Positions 47,674 through 56,866 of a DNA stretch of 64,000 bases are shown here, in pieces. Positions within the stretch are counted from its first letter, which is position 1, and the number at the start of each line of letters is the position of its first letter. The notes beneath the pieces were generated by a model. It was not told the origin of the DNA, searched no databases, and saw nothing but the letters and a program-made list of their open reading frames with translations. The translations under genes and the position numbers were made by a program. This DNA comes from Prochlorococcus sp. AG-311-J23 (lineage in GTDB: Bacteria; Cyanobacteriota; Cyanobacteriia; PCC-6307; Cyanobiaceae): contig QBVL01000002.1 in assembly GCA_003284375.1 (NCBI GenBank), forward strand, positions 32,821 through 96,820, read 5' to 3'.

Positions 47674-47877
47674 GGGATTTTAGCGATATTGCGATGTGTG
47701 GATAGTGTGTGGATGGTTTAACATCCTCGCCCCTATTTCTTTATTCTATTTCAATCAGGTTTCTATTACTAATAGCTAACAGACTTTTCCATACAGATTT
47801 TTTTGGCTTTAAGTGAGTTCTCTCCATGTGCTTTTTATCTGAATCAGAGATAAAATTGATTTAGCTAAGGAGTCTTT

Positions 47878-48072
47878 ATGTCTTCTCAAGAAGGTCAGGC
47901 TATGAAGTCACTTGAGGTGGCTTTAGACCATGCACTTGTTCGACTGAATCAATTAAAGGGGAAAGACAGACTTGCCTTTGCTAGTGAGTACAAGGAGTGG
48001 CTTGCAGATGATGAGTTAAAAGAAAGGGTTTGGTTTTCTGCTCCACTGAAGAAGAGATTAGATGGTCATTAA
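47878..48072 (+). CDS. Small hypothetical protein
   Basis: 64 aa ORF preceded by AAGGAG; DRLAFASEYKEW motif shared with the pseudogene at 52412-52615. Confidence 0.7.
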   Translation: MSSQEGQAMKSLEVALDHALVRLNQLKGKDRLAFASEYKEWLADDELKERVWFSAPLKKRLDGH

Positions 48073-48278
48073 TCTTAGCTATAGATATTAGTCTTTACTT
48101 GGCTTTTGGTACTGTAAGTAGAATAAATGTGTATTTAAATGGGGAACCGTGTAATTCCCTCAAAGCGATCATAGATCCCTTTAGCCAGCATATTTAACGT
48201 TGAAGTCATCCCCAACTTGAGCAAAGAATCTTGCGCGATGTGAGTTTCTTTTTTTGTTCTATGATGAATTGGCTATTG

Positions 48279-49025
48279 TTAATGTTTATCAAGCTGATTT
48301 AGAAATTTTCTACTTCTTTCATGCCTAGCATTAGAAAAGAAAATATTTGGCGGAGATGTTTCTACGACTTTACCTGAATCCATGAATAAAACTTGATCAC
48401 TTACGTCTTTAGCAAAGCCAATTTCATGTGTTACGACAATCATTGTCATTCCTTGCTCGGCAAGTGTTCTCATTGCATCAAGGACTTCGTTGATCCGCTC
48501 TGGGTCTAGAGCACTAGTGGGCTCGTCGAATAAAAGTAATTCAGGCTTTAAGGCTAAAGCTCTAGCTATGGCTACTCTTTGTTGTTCTCCTCCACTTAGT
48601 TGGATGGGATATTTTTTGGCATGAGAATCTATTCCCATTTGACTCAAGAGATACATGCCATATTCTTCAGCCTCGATTTGACGACGTTTTTGTACATGTA
48701 TGGGCGCGAGAGTGATATTTTCAAGAATTGATAGATGAGGGAATAAATTAAATTGTTGAAATACCATACCTACTCTTCTTCTTATTTTTTGAATTTTTCT
48801 TTCATCATGAGTGGAATCAACTTTTATTCCTAAAATATTTATTTCTCCTTTATCAAAAGTTTCAAGACCATTAAAAGTCCGAATTAGAGTACTTTTGCCG
48901 GAGCCTGAGGGGCCCATTACTACTAGAACTTTTCCTTTATCAACGGTAAGAGAAACATTATCAAGTGCTCGTAATCCCTTTGTATATGACTTGGTGAGAT
49001 TCTTCGCAACAACAATAGGTTCCAT
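48279..49025 (-). CDS. Polar amino acid ABC transporter ATP-binding subunit (AapP/BztD/BgtA-like)
   Basis: GPSGSGKS, VFQQFNLFPH, LSGGEQQRVAIARAL, LFDEPTSALDPE. Confidence 0.93.
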   Translation of the reverse strand: MEPIVVAKNLTKSYTKGLRALDNVSLTVDKGKVLVVMGPSGSGKSTLIRTFNGLETFDKGEINILGIKVDSTHDERKIQKIRRRVGMVFQQFNLFPHLSILENITLAPIHVQKRRQIEAEEYGMYLLSQMGIDSHAKKYPIQLSGGEQQRVAIARALALKPELLLFDEPTSALDPERINEVLDAMRTLAEQGMTMIVVTHEIGFAKDVSDQVLFMDSGKVVETSPPNIFFSNARHERSRKFLNQLDKH

Positions 49026-49031
49026 GAATTA

Positions 49032-50066
49032 TCAGAAATTGGCTTGATTAATGGTCATTCTTTTTTCAAGATGTCTTGCTAGAACAGCCATGATTGTACA
49101 AACAATCCAATATACACATGCTAGCCAAACATAAACTTCAATGTATTGACCAATAAATTCTGGATTAGCCAAGATACTTCTACCTATACCTAGTAACTCC
49201 ACTAGTCCTAAAATAGCCATTAAAGATGTATTTTGAAAAAGTCCAATAGATTGATTAGTGAGAGCGGGTAATGCAATACGTAAAGCTTGAGGAATTAATA
49301 TGAATTGAATGATTTGGTATTGATTAAGACCAAGACTATTTGCAGCCTCTATTTGAGTGTTGGGTATTGACTGTAGTCCGCCACGAATGTCTTCCGCTAT
49401 GTAGGCAGAGACAAATAGAGTAAATGCAAAGATAGCTCTCCAAACACGATCAATTTCCATTCCAAGAGGAAGAAATAAAGGTATTAATAGTTGACCAAAG
49501 AAAAGAACAGCAATAAGAGGAATTGCTCTCATAACATCTATATATATTGAACTTACCTTCTGAGTTAATGGTAATGAACTTTGTCGACATAGTGCCAAAA
49601 CAATTCCAAGAGGTAATGATAATAATGAGCTAAAAACAGTTAACAGTATAGTTAGAGTTAATCCACCCCAATGTCTACTCATTATAGGTGATAGGCCAAG
49701 TCCACCATAAAGTAAATATAGCCCCAATGGTATTGTCCCTAACCATACTATTAGTAGATTTTTGCGTAGCCATCTCCACTCAGGGCCGCATAGAGTAAAG
49801 ATACTGAGTAAAAGAAGACTAATAATCCAAGTAGCAGGTCTCCATTGTTCATCAGGTGGAAAACTACCAAATGCGTATAAAGGGAGATTTGATATTACAA
49901 CTTTCCAATTAGCCTTGAAAATAAGCCATTTAAAAGCATGAATAGAAGCTACACTAATTAATAATATAATGAGCAAAGTAATAATAGTATTAAATAAATT
50001 CAAAAATATAGTCTTCCTTATTTGCTTAAAGAAAAATATTGTCGAATTTATATAAGTTTTTAACAT
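49032..50066 (-). CDS. Amino acid ABC transporter permease (AapM/NatH-like)
   Basis: WGGLTLT, RAIPLI, AEDIRGGLQSIP EAA loop. Confidence 0.9.
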   Translation of the reverse strand: MLKTYINSTIFFFKQIRKTIFLNLFNTIITLLIILLISVASIHAFKWLIFKANWKVVISNLPLYAFGSFPPDEQWRPATWIISLLLLSIFTLCGPEWRWLRKNLLIVWLGTIPLGLYLLYGGLGLSPIMSRHWGGLTLTILLTVFSSLLSLPLGIVLALCRQSSLPLTQKVSSIYIDVMRAIPLIAVLFFGQLLIPLFLPLGMEIDRVWRAIFAFTLFVSAYIAEDIRGGLQSIPNTQIEAANSLGLNQYQIIQFILIPQALRIALPALTNQSIGLFQNTSLMAILGLVELLGIGRSILANPEFIGQYIEVYVWLACVYWIVCTIMAVLARHLEKRMTINQANF

Positions 50067-50069
50067 GAA

Positions 50070-50969
50070 TTAACTATATTCTCGTGATTTTAAAATTAAT
50101 CTATTGATGATTTCCATGGTATTCGTTATCAATAGATTTAATAGCAAGAAACTAATAAGTAATATGATAAAACACTCGATAGCTCTACCTGTTTGATTTA
50201 TAATAGTATCATTAATCGCGTAAATATCTGAATACCCAACTGCTATAGCTAAGGTACTGTTTTTTGCAAGGTTAAGATATTGACTTGTTAATCCTGGAAT
50301 GATTGCTGGCAATGCCTGTGGAAGTATTATAAGGGTAAGACCTTTTCTCTCCGAGATTCCTAAGCTCCTAAATGCTTCCCATTGACCTCGGGAAACAGAA
50401 AGAATGCCTCCTCGGATCACCTCTGCTATGTAAGCACTCGTAAAGATACTTAGACCAAATAATAATGCTAGGAACTCTGAGGAAAAAGTTAATCCTGAAA
50501 ACTCTATTCCTTGATTCGAAATGTTCAATATATTTTTTATTTGGATAAACATATTGTCTTTTAAACCTAAGAACCCAACAAAATACCAAAACATAAGTTG
50601 AAGTAAAAGAGGAGTTTGTCTAATTATTGTTATGTAACCAGCCGAAATGAGACCTAGTAATGAATTTGTACCTGTCCTTGCAAAGCCTATTAGTGTTCCC
50701 AAGAAAGTAGCCAATATTAATGATGAGACAATAACTTTAAGACTGTTAAGCCAACCTATAAATAATGCCCAGGCATAGCTATCTGAAGAGGTATAAGGTA
50801 AGGGGTGTTCCGCTAAAGCAAAACTTGCTGGTTTAAAAAGCCAGCTAAAATTAAAACCAAGACCTGTTCTTATTAGATTGATTGTTAAATTGTTAATTAG
50901 TATCCCAATCAAACCAAAAAAGATAATACATATTCCAAATTGTAAAAATAATTTTTGATTTATTTTCAT
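50070..50969 (-). CDS. Amino acid ABC transporter permease (AapQ/NatG-like)
   Basis: RQTPLLLQL, AEVIRGGILSVSRGQWEA, KNSTLAIAVGY. Confidence 0.9.
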   Translation of the reverse strand: MKINQKLFLQFGICIIFFGLIGILINNLTINLIRTGLGFNFSWLFKPASFALAEHPLPYTSSDSYAWALFIGWLNSLKVIVSSLILATFLGTLIGFARTGTNSLLGLISAGYITIIRQTPLLLQLMFWYFVGFLGLKDNMFIQIKNILNISNQGIEFSGLTFSSEFLALLFGLSIFTSAYIAEVIRGGILSVSRGQWEAFRSLGISERKGLTLIILPQALPAIIPGLTSQYLNLAKNSTLAIAVGYSDIYAINDTIINQTGRAIECFIILLISFLLLNLLITNTMEIINRLILKSREYS

Positions 50970-50987
50970 TCCCGCAACAACTTATTT

Positions 50988-52034
50988 TTAGTTAAATGGT
51001 GGTGAAATATGTACACCTCCTTTCTTATACAATTCATTTTGACCTCTTGGAATAGGTACCTCGCTATTTTTGCCTAAATGTCTTTCGTAAATCTCTCCAT
51101 AATTGCCAGTTGAGCTAATTACTTTAATTACGAAGTCATTGCTAAGACCAATTTTTTCTCCTAGTCCCCCATCAATACCTAGAAATCTTCTTAAAGGTTT
51201 TAATTGAGGATTATTCTTTGCAATTTGTACTTTTTCATCAATATTTGACTTTGTTATCCCTTGCTCTTCTGCCGATATAAGGGAAAAGACAACCCATCTC
51301 ATGGCATCAGCTAGTTTCTGATCTTGGCCATCGGATGCTGGAGCAAGTGGCTCCTTGCTCAATACATCATCAAGAATAATATGTTCTTTTGGATTCTTAA
51401 AGCCAGATCTGGCTGCAGCTAATTGTGAACGATCAGAAGTCATAGCTGAACAACGACCCTGTAAATACCCAGCAACTACTTGATTAAGATCTTGATATTT
51501 GATTGGTGTATAAGGCAGTGAGGAACTCTCAAAGGCATCATTTATATTTTGCTCAGTAGTTGTACCTGATCCTACACATATAGATTTATTTGCAAGATCT
51601 TTAAGACTTTTGATTCCACTTTCCTTTTTGACCATCAATCCTTGGCCGTCATGGAAAACAACTGGTGCAAAAGTTAGTCCGTTACCTCCCGAGGAATCTC
51701 TACTGAGAGTAAAAGTGGTATTTCTTGATAACAGGTCAATTTCTCCGGTTTTAATAGCTGTGAACCTTTCTGCTGCAGTTAGAGGTCTATATTGGATTTT
51801 CTCTGAATCTCCTATGATTGCAGCTGCAAATGCTTTACATATATCGACGTCTAGTCCTTGATAACTACCATCACTTTTTAGAAAACTAAATCCAGGGATT
51901 TTTCCACTTACTCCACAAATCAATTCACTGCGATTCTTTATTAGGTCGAGTCTAGAACTATTGTCTTGATTTGTTGTCGCACAGCCAGCTAATAGAGCTG
52001 CTAGACCAACTATTCCTGATACGAATCTACGCAT
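50988..52034 (-). CDS. Amino acid ABC transporter substrate-binding lipoprotein (AapJ/BztA/NatF-like)
   Basis: LAGC lipobox, GLDVDIC, LLSRNTT, SKEPLAP, GNYGEIYERH, PRGQN. Confidence 0.92.
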   Translation of the reverse strand: MRRFVSGIVGLAALLAGCATTNQDNSSRLDLIKNRSELICGVSGKIPGFSFLKSDGSYQGLDVDICKAFAAAIIGDSEKIQYRPLTAAERFTAIKTGEIDLLSRNTTFTLSRDSSGGNGLTFAPVVFHDGQGLMVKKESGIKSLKDLANKSICVGSGTTTEQNINDAFESSSLPYTPIKYQDLNQVVAGYLQGRCSAMTSDRSQLAAARSGFKNPKEHIILDDVLSKEPLAPASDGQDQKLADAMRWVVFSLISAEEQGITKSNIDEKVQIAKNNPQLKPLRRFLGIDGGLGEKIGLSNDFVIKVISSTGNYGEIYERHLGKNSEVPIPRGQNELYKKGGVHISPPFN

Positions 52035-52238
52035 AATTTTTTTGATCTTTGATCATTTAATTTGATTTTCGTCAGATTTTTCTATTTCCTAGACAATTAA
52101 AGAAAATCTTTTACTTTTTCTTCATTTAATGTTGTGAACCCCAAAATAAAACCAGCTGAAACTTCTATTCGTATTTTTGAGTCTAAATATATATCTAACG
52201 ATACAACATTTTTCTTTCTTTATAAATGAATAAGCTGA

Positions 52239-52266
52239 AATCAATCAATCAATCAATCAATCAATC
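52239..52266 (+). repeat. (AATC)7 tetranucleotide repeat flanked by the AGCTGA/TCAGCT inverted repeat
   Basis: Seven AATC units seen directly. Confidence 0.92.
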
Positions 52267-52269
52267 AGA

Positions 52270-52335
52270 TCAGCTCCTGTTAATGAGTAGGCATTAGGTT
52301 CACTCCTCATTATTTAATAGTTGATTTCATCCCTA
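52270..52335 (-). pseudogene. Remnant of the 5' end of an EVE-domain gene
   Basis: Minus strand DEINY*IMRSEPNAYSL aligns with QDINYWLMKSEPDAYSI of the intact EVE gene at 47673. Confidence 0.7.
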
Positions 52336-52411
52336 TCAAAATCATTTGTTTGTAAACATGAAAACTGAAAACGTTTAAGAACTTTTCTAAAAAAGAAGAA
52401 AGAGAATCTTC

Positions 52412-52615
52412 TTATTGATTATTTTCCCCAAAAGTAGATGTATAGATAAATAGGATGTGTTGTTGAAAAAGGTTTATATTCTTTACGTATTTAATCCATT
52501 CTCTGTATTCTTGACCAATAGCTAATTGATCTCCAGTATTGAGATTGTCGGTTCTTTTAAGTATATGAAATATAAGCTCTTAAACCGTTTCCTCGACAGA
52601 TTGATGTCATGCCAT
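52412..52615 (-). pseudogene. Decayed paralog of the 47878-48072 hypothetical protein
   Basis: MA*HQSVEETV*ELIFHILKRTDNLNTGDQLAIGQEYREWI...; gapless match to LDHALVRLNQLKGKDRLAFASEYKEWL. Confidence 0.6.
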
Positions 52616-52970
52616 TGGCTAAAAGTAGCTAATCTAAGTTACCTTTCAGATCAGTTTGCAAACTTCCAAAAAATATATTAAAAGTAATTTTAATATATAG
52701 ATAAATGAACGTAAGCCTCTTGCCTGATTGCTATATGAGCATCTCTTTGTTCTCGAATTTATATATCTATTAAAAGTAGTTGAATTGTCTTTAATCTTAT
52801 TAAAGACTAAATCTTTATTTTATCTTTGGCTTTTCTATGATTTGATCTGTGAATTATATACATTCAATGTTAAGGGTGAATCAACTTTTATTACATTAAA
52901 ATTCCTTTACTATCGATCTTGCTTGAGAATGGAAAATATGGATTCCTAATATGATTTCAAACATTTGGGT

Positions 52971-53261
52971 ATGAAAAAATTCAACAAAAAAAGAATAATC
53001 AGAGCTTTATTAGTAATTGCTTGTCTTATGCTCTCTTTATTTATTGGTTTTATAATTAGTATCAATCTCATAGTTGACCCTATTATCTATTGGCTTGCTT
53101 CGACTGAAGGCTCAAGGATATTTATAAGCTGCATTATATCTTGGTTGGGGGTGTCAACACTTTTCGACTTGTTTTATAAGCTTTATCGGCGTAGTAAAAA
53201 ATTGAAAAGGGTTAATGCTCTTAATATTCCTTATCCTCGAAAATTTAAGGGTAGGAAATGA
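52971..53261 (+). CDS. Hypothetical membrane protein
   Basis: Two hydrophobic helices flanked by basic segments. Confidence 0.6.
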   Translation: MKKFNKKRIIRALLVIACLMLSLFIGFIISINLIVDPIIYWLASTEGSRIFISCIISWLGVSTLFDLFYKLYRRSKKLKRVNALNIPYPRKFKGRK

Positions 53262-53304
53262 TTATTTATAAAGAAATAATGCCTGAAACTTTGAAACACT
53301 TTAT

Positions 53305-53667
53305 TTACTTTTCAGAGGAAGGCTGGGCAAATATATAAAGATTGTAGAAAGGAATAAATGAACAAAATGCCCATAAAATTAAGTTTTCCTTACCTATATC
53401 TCTCAGCCTTCTGATTAATAAAGCTATAAAAACTAAAAAAGATGGAATGCTATACAAATAACTCCAGTCAGACCCCGTAGCGAGGTTATAAAAATCATTT
53501 GGATCATTAGCAAGGTTGTTATTAGATAGTATTGAAACCCCAGCGCCTATTAATCCATCCAGAATAAAAAAGTGCCAAAAAGGTATTCTCCTTGTTTTCT
53601 CTTTATAATTAAAAATCTGACTCCAAGCCAGAAAGTAATTTGAAAGAACTCTCTCTAAAAAATTCAT
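53305..53667 (-). CDS. DUF805 family membrane protein
   Basis: IFNYKEKTRRIPFW N-motif and IRRLRDIGK motif. Confidence 0.85.
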   Translation of the reverse strand: MNFLERVLSNYFLAWSQIFNYKEKTRRIPFWHFFILDGLIGAGVSILSNNNLANDPNDFYNLATGSDWSYLYSIPSFLVFIALLIRRLRDIGKENLILWAFCSFIPFYNLYIFAQPSSEK

Positions 53668-53748
53668 CCTTATTCTTATATGTACAAATAATTATCTGAT
53701 ACCTTAATCACAAAAGGCTCTAAAGTTTTTCATCTCATAAATAAAATA

Positions 53749-53958
53749 ATGAACCGTATCTTTTCCATAGCTCTATCTTTTTCTCTTCTTTCTCCCATGG
53801 CCCTTAATGCTGATGATCGAATTTATGAAACTAAGAATATTTGTGGACGATACTATGCAGTTGAAATTAATGGTGCTGATGCCGCAAGGTTATTAGGATT
53901 AAAAGATTCTGGTAGGGTTAGTTCAAGAGTAGAGCAGTACTGTAATTTCTTTCGCTAA
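53749..53958 (+). CDS. Small secreted protein with two cysteines
   Basis: Signal peptide MNRIFSIALSFSLLSPMALNA; C...AARLLGL...YC. Confidence 0.7.
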   Translation: MNRIFSIALSFSLLSPMALNADDRIYETKNICGRYYAVEINGADAARLLGLKDSGRVSSRVEQYCNFFR

Positions 53959-54157
53959 GTTTCTTGACTATATTTCGTTTTTCTTATCATTATTCCATAT
54001 TTCGTAGTCGAAGTAACTATTGAAATAGAATGTTTTAGCTATTTAGAAATAACAGAATTTATTTCTAAATTTCATGTCCAAACTTTGAAAAAAATTTAGA
54101 GGACTAGGAGGTATTATTTATAAGTTAGATTTAATTAAGGAAGTGAGGACGTGAGCT

Positions 54158-56083
54158 GTGTTGATTAGTCTTGTTAATGCTTCGACAGACTTTGGAATAA
54201 AAAATCTTTTTAAAAATTTAGATCTTCATATAAATAAAAAAGAGAGACTTGGTTTGATTGGTCCAAATGGATCTGGCAAGTCAACACTTTTGAGAGTCAT
54301 TGCAGGAATAGAACCTTTGATGGAAGGAGAAAGAAGATGTTTACCATCTTTGCGGATATCTTTAGTTGGGCAAGAAACAAGTTACAACAGTGAAAAAAGT
54401 ATTTTGGAAGAAGTTCTTCAAGGGTGTGGAGAAAAAAGAAAATTATTACTTAATTTCAGTCAACTAAGTAGAAAAATCGCTCAAAATCCAGAAGATGAAG
54501 ACCTTTTGAAAAGACTAGGTCAGGCGAGTGAACTTATGGATGCCGCTGAAGCATGGAATTTAGAACAACAATGCCAAGATGTTCTAAGAAGATTAGGTAT
54601 AAAAGATTTAGATAAGCCAGTAAAAGAGCTTTCTGGTGGTTATCGCAAAAGAGTGGGACTTGCCGCTGCTCTTGTCTCTAAACCAGACGTCTTACTTCTT
54701 GATGAACCTACTAATCACTTAGATGCATCTGCAGTGGAATGGCTTCAAAATTGGTTAGACCATTATGAAGGTGCTCTTGTCTTGATAACTCACGATAGAT
54801 ATGTCCTTGATCGCATTACCAACCGGATGGTCGAAATTAATAATGGAGAGGCTCGCAAGTATTCGGGAAATTATCGTGAATTTCTTCAACAAAAAGTTGA
54901 ACGAGAGCAATCAGAGGCTTCTACAAAGAAAAAGTTTCAGGGTGTTTTAAGAAAGGAATTAGCTTGGTTAAGACAGGGGCCAAAAGCAAGAAGCACAAAG
55001 CAAAAAGCACGTATTCAAAGGATTGCTGAAATGCAAGCTAAACCTAAAAGTCATGTCAAAGCTAATTTAGAAATGAATTCATTGAGTAGAAGAATTGGAA
55101 AAATCGCAATTGAAGCTGAAGGTGTAGGGCTATCGCTAAATAATAAAAATAATAATTTGGATCTTTTATATGATTTCACTTATAGCTTTAGTCCAGAGGA
55201 CCGAGTAGGAATTATTGGTCCAAATGGCAGTGGTAAATCTACTCTTTTAGATCTAATTGCGGGTAAAAGATTGCCTACAAGTGGGGAGATGAGACTTGGA
55301 GAAACCGTTCATATTGGCTACCTTGATCAGCATACAAATGACTTAAATCAAGGGAGTGGCCTAAATCGCAAAGTTATCGAATTTGTAGAGGAGGCTGCAT
55401 TACGAATTGATCATGGCGGAAAACAAATTACAGCTTCACAACTCTTAGAACAATTCCTTTTTCCACCCAGTCAGCAACATAGTCCTCTGGTAAAACTTTC
55501 AGGGGGAGAAAAAAGAAGACTTGCTTTATGTAAAATGCTCATACAAGCTCCCAATGTATTATTGCTTGATGAACCTACAAATGATTTAGATATACAAACT
55601 CTAAGTGTGCTAGAAGATTTTCTTGATGACTTTAAAGGTTGTGTTGTAGTCGTATCTCATGATAGATATTTTCTTGATCGAACTATTGATCGAATTTTTA
55701 ATTTTGAAAACGGTCGCTTGAGTAGATATGAGGGGAATTACTCTCGATTTCTTGATCAAAAAATATTAGAGGAGCGAAACAATGAAACAAAAAAGCGAGC
55801 CAAAACAGTCAATAATTCACAAAACAAGCTTGGACAAGAAATAAAATTAGTTTCTAAAAATGATCCGAGACGATTGAGTTTTAAAGAAACTAGAGAATTA
55901 AAAGAATTAGATCTGAGACTACCTATGTTAGAAAAAAAGAAAATATATTTAGAAAAAAAGATAAGTGATAGTGATGTAGACATTAGTGAAATTAGTCATC
56001 AATTAGCAGAATTAATTGAATCTATTCAAAAGCATGAAGATAGATGGATTGAGCTAAGTGAGCTGTCTGAGTCAGCAAAGTAA
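54158..56083 (+). CDS. ABC-F family ATPase (Uup-like)
   Basis: Two ABC cassettes (GPNGSGKS, LSGG, LLLDEPTN), KARSTKQKAR linker, C-terminal coiled coil ending RWIELSE. Confidence 0.93.
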   Translation: MLISLVNASTDFGIKNLFKNLDLHINKKERLGLIGPNGSGKSTLLRVIAGIEPLMEGERRCLPSLRISLVGQETSYNSEKSILEEVLQGCGEKRKLLLNFSQLSRKIAQNPEDEDLLKRLGQASELMDAAEAWNLEQQCQDVLRRLGIKDLDKPVKELSGGYRKRVGLAAALVSKPDVLLLDEPTNHLDASAVEWLQNWLDHYEGALVLITHDRYVLDRITNRMVEINNGEARKYSGNYREFLQQKVEREQSEASTKKKFQGVLRKELAWLRQGPKARSTKQKARIQRIAEMQAKPKSHVKANLEMNSLSRRIGKIAIEAEGVGLSLNNKNNNLDLLYDFTYSFSPEDRVGIIGPNGSGKSTLLDLIAGKRLPTSGEMRLGETVHIGYLDQHTNDLNQGSGLNRKVIEFVEEAALRIDHGGKQITASQLLEQFLFPPSQQHSPLVKLSGGEKRRLALCKMLIQAPNVLLLDEPTNDLDIQTLSVLEDFLDDFKGCVVVVSHDRYFLDRTIDRIFNFENGRLSRYEGNYSRFLDQKILEERNNETKKRAKTVNNSQNKLGQEIKLVSKNDPRRLSFKETRELKELDLRLPMLEKKKIYLEKKISDSDVDISEISHQLAELIESIQKHEDRWIELSELSESAK

Positions 56084-56673
56084 CGACGTGATTTTTCTCT
56101 TGAGGTAGAAAACAGATAGAGACAAAATCGTCATCATTGGCATTTATCAGTATGAATACAAAAAAAGAATGTAGATTTTTAAATCAATCGTCCGATCTGC
56201 CTATGTAAAATTTAGTTCGACTCAATTAACAGGATCGGGACTTGAGCACTTTTAAAGAGCGATTACCTTGGCAAATATGTATTTCAATGGAAGCTGATTT
56301 GTATATTGTAATTCCGCTTTAAAGTCTCAAGTAAGGATTACTTGAATGGGATTGAATTATTCAATATAATTTCTTACTTCTGAAAATTTAGGCATCTGAA
56401 TTTATCCATGTTTTTATAATAAGGTTATATTGGTTTTATGCCTATTAAAGATTGCTGATTTGAGTTGAATTACTAGAAAGTTATTTTTATAAATTTAAAA
56501 TGCCTCGTTTTCGTAGTTAATAATACATTAGAAATAAAATATAGTCATCTTTCGATAGTTAGCGTTGGATCTTTGGTATGGAAAAAATCTCTACAGACTA
56601 AGAAATCTCATTTTTCTAAAAAAAATTATTTGCAGCTTTTAACTATAATAATTTTTATATGCACGGATAAATT

Positions 56674-56841
56674 GTGAAGTTGATCAAATGGCATAAATCA
56701 TTTGTTGAACGTGCTCAAAAAGAAATGGGGATATCCAACTACGCCCTTTATTGGTTTGGATTCCTTGAGGGTGCTTTAGTTATGTGGTTACTTATGAAAG
56801 TTATTTCTGCTTTATGGATAAAATCTGAGTTTCCCTTTTAA
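56674..56841 (+). CDS. Small membrane protein (55 aa), not in ORF track
   Basis: GTG start, MKLIKWHKSFVERAQKEMGISNYALYWFGFLEGALVMWLLMKVISALWIKSEFPF*. Confidence 0.6.
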   Translation: MKLIKWHKSFVERAQKEMGISNYALYWFGFLEGALVMWLLMKVISALWIKSEFPF

Positions 56842-56866
56842 TAAAGATGTTTGTAATTGTTGAATT

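Noticed and set aside
48073-48278. Spacer that looks like decayed coding sequence
   Set aside because: No frame gave a recognisable protein
52421-52470. Near-DnaA boxes TTTTCCCCA and TGTTGAAAA
   Set aside because: One mismatch each and inside a pseudogene frame; expected by chance in AT-rich DNA
52728-52949. 73-aa ORF in the track
   Set aside because: TTG start and L/F/Y/I bias typical of random AT-rich ORFs
56150-56330. Possible pentapeptide-repeat remnant, and a GGATCGGGACTT match shared with about 62878
   Set aside because: Needs too many assumed frameshifts; the 12-bp match lies inside a small ORF at the second site and has no further flanking similarity
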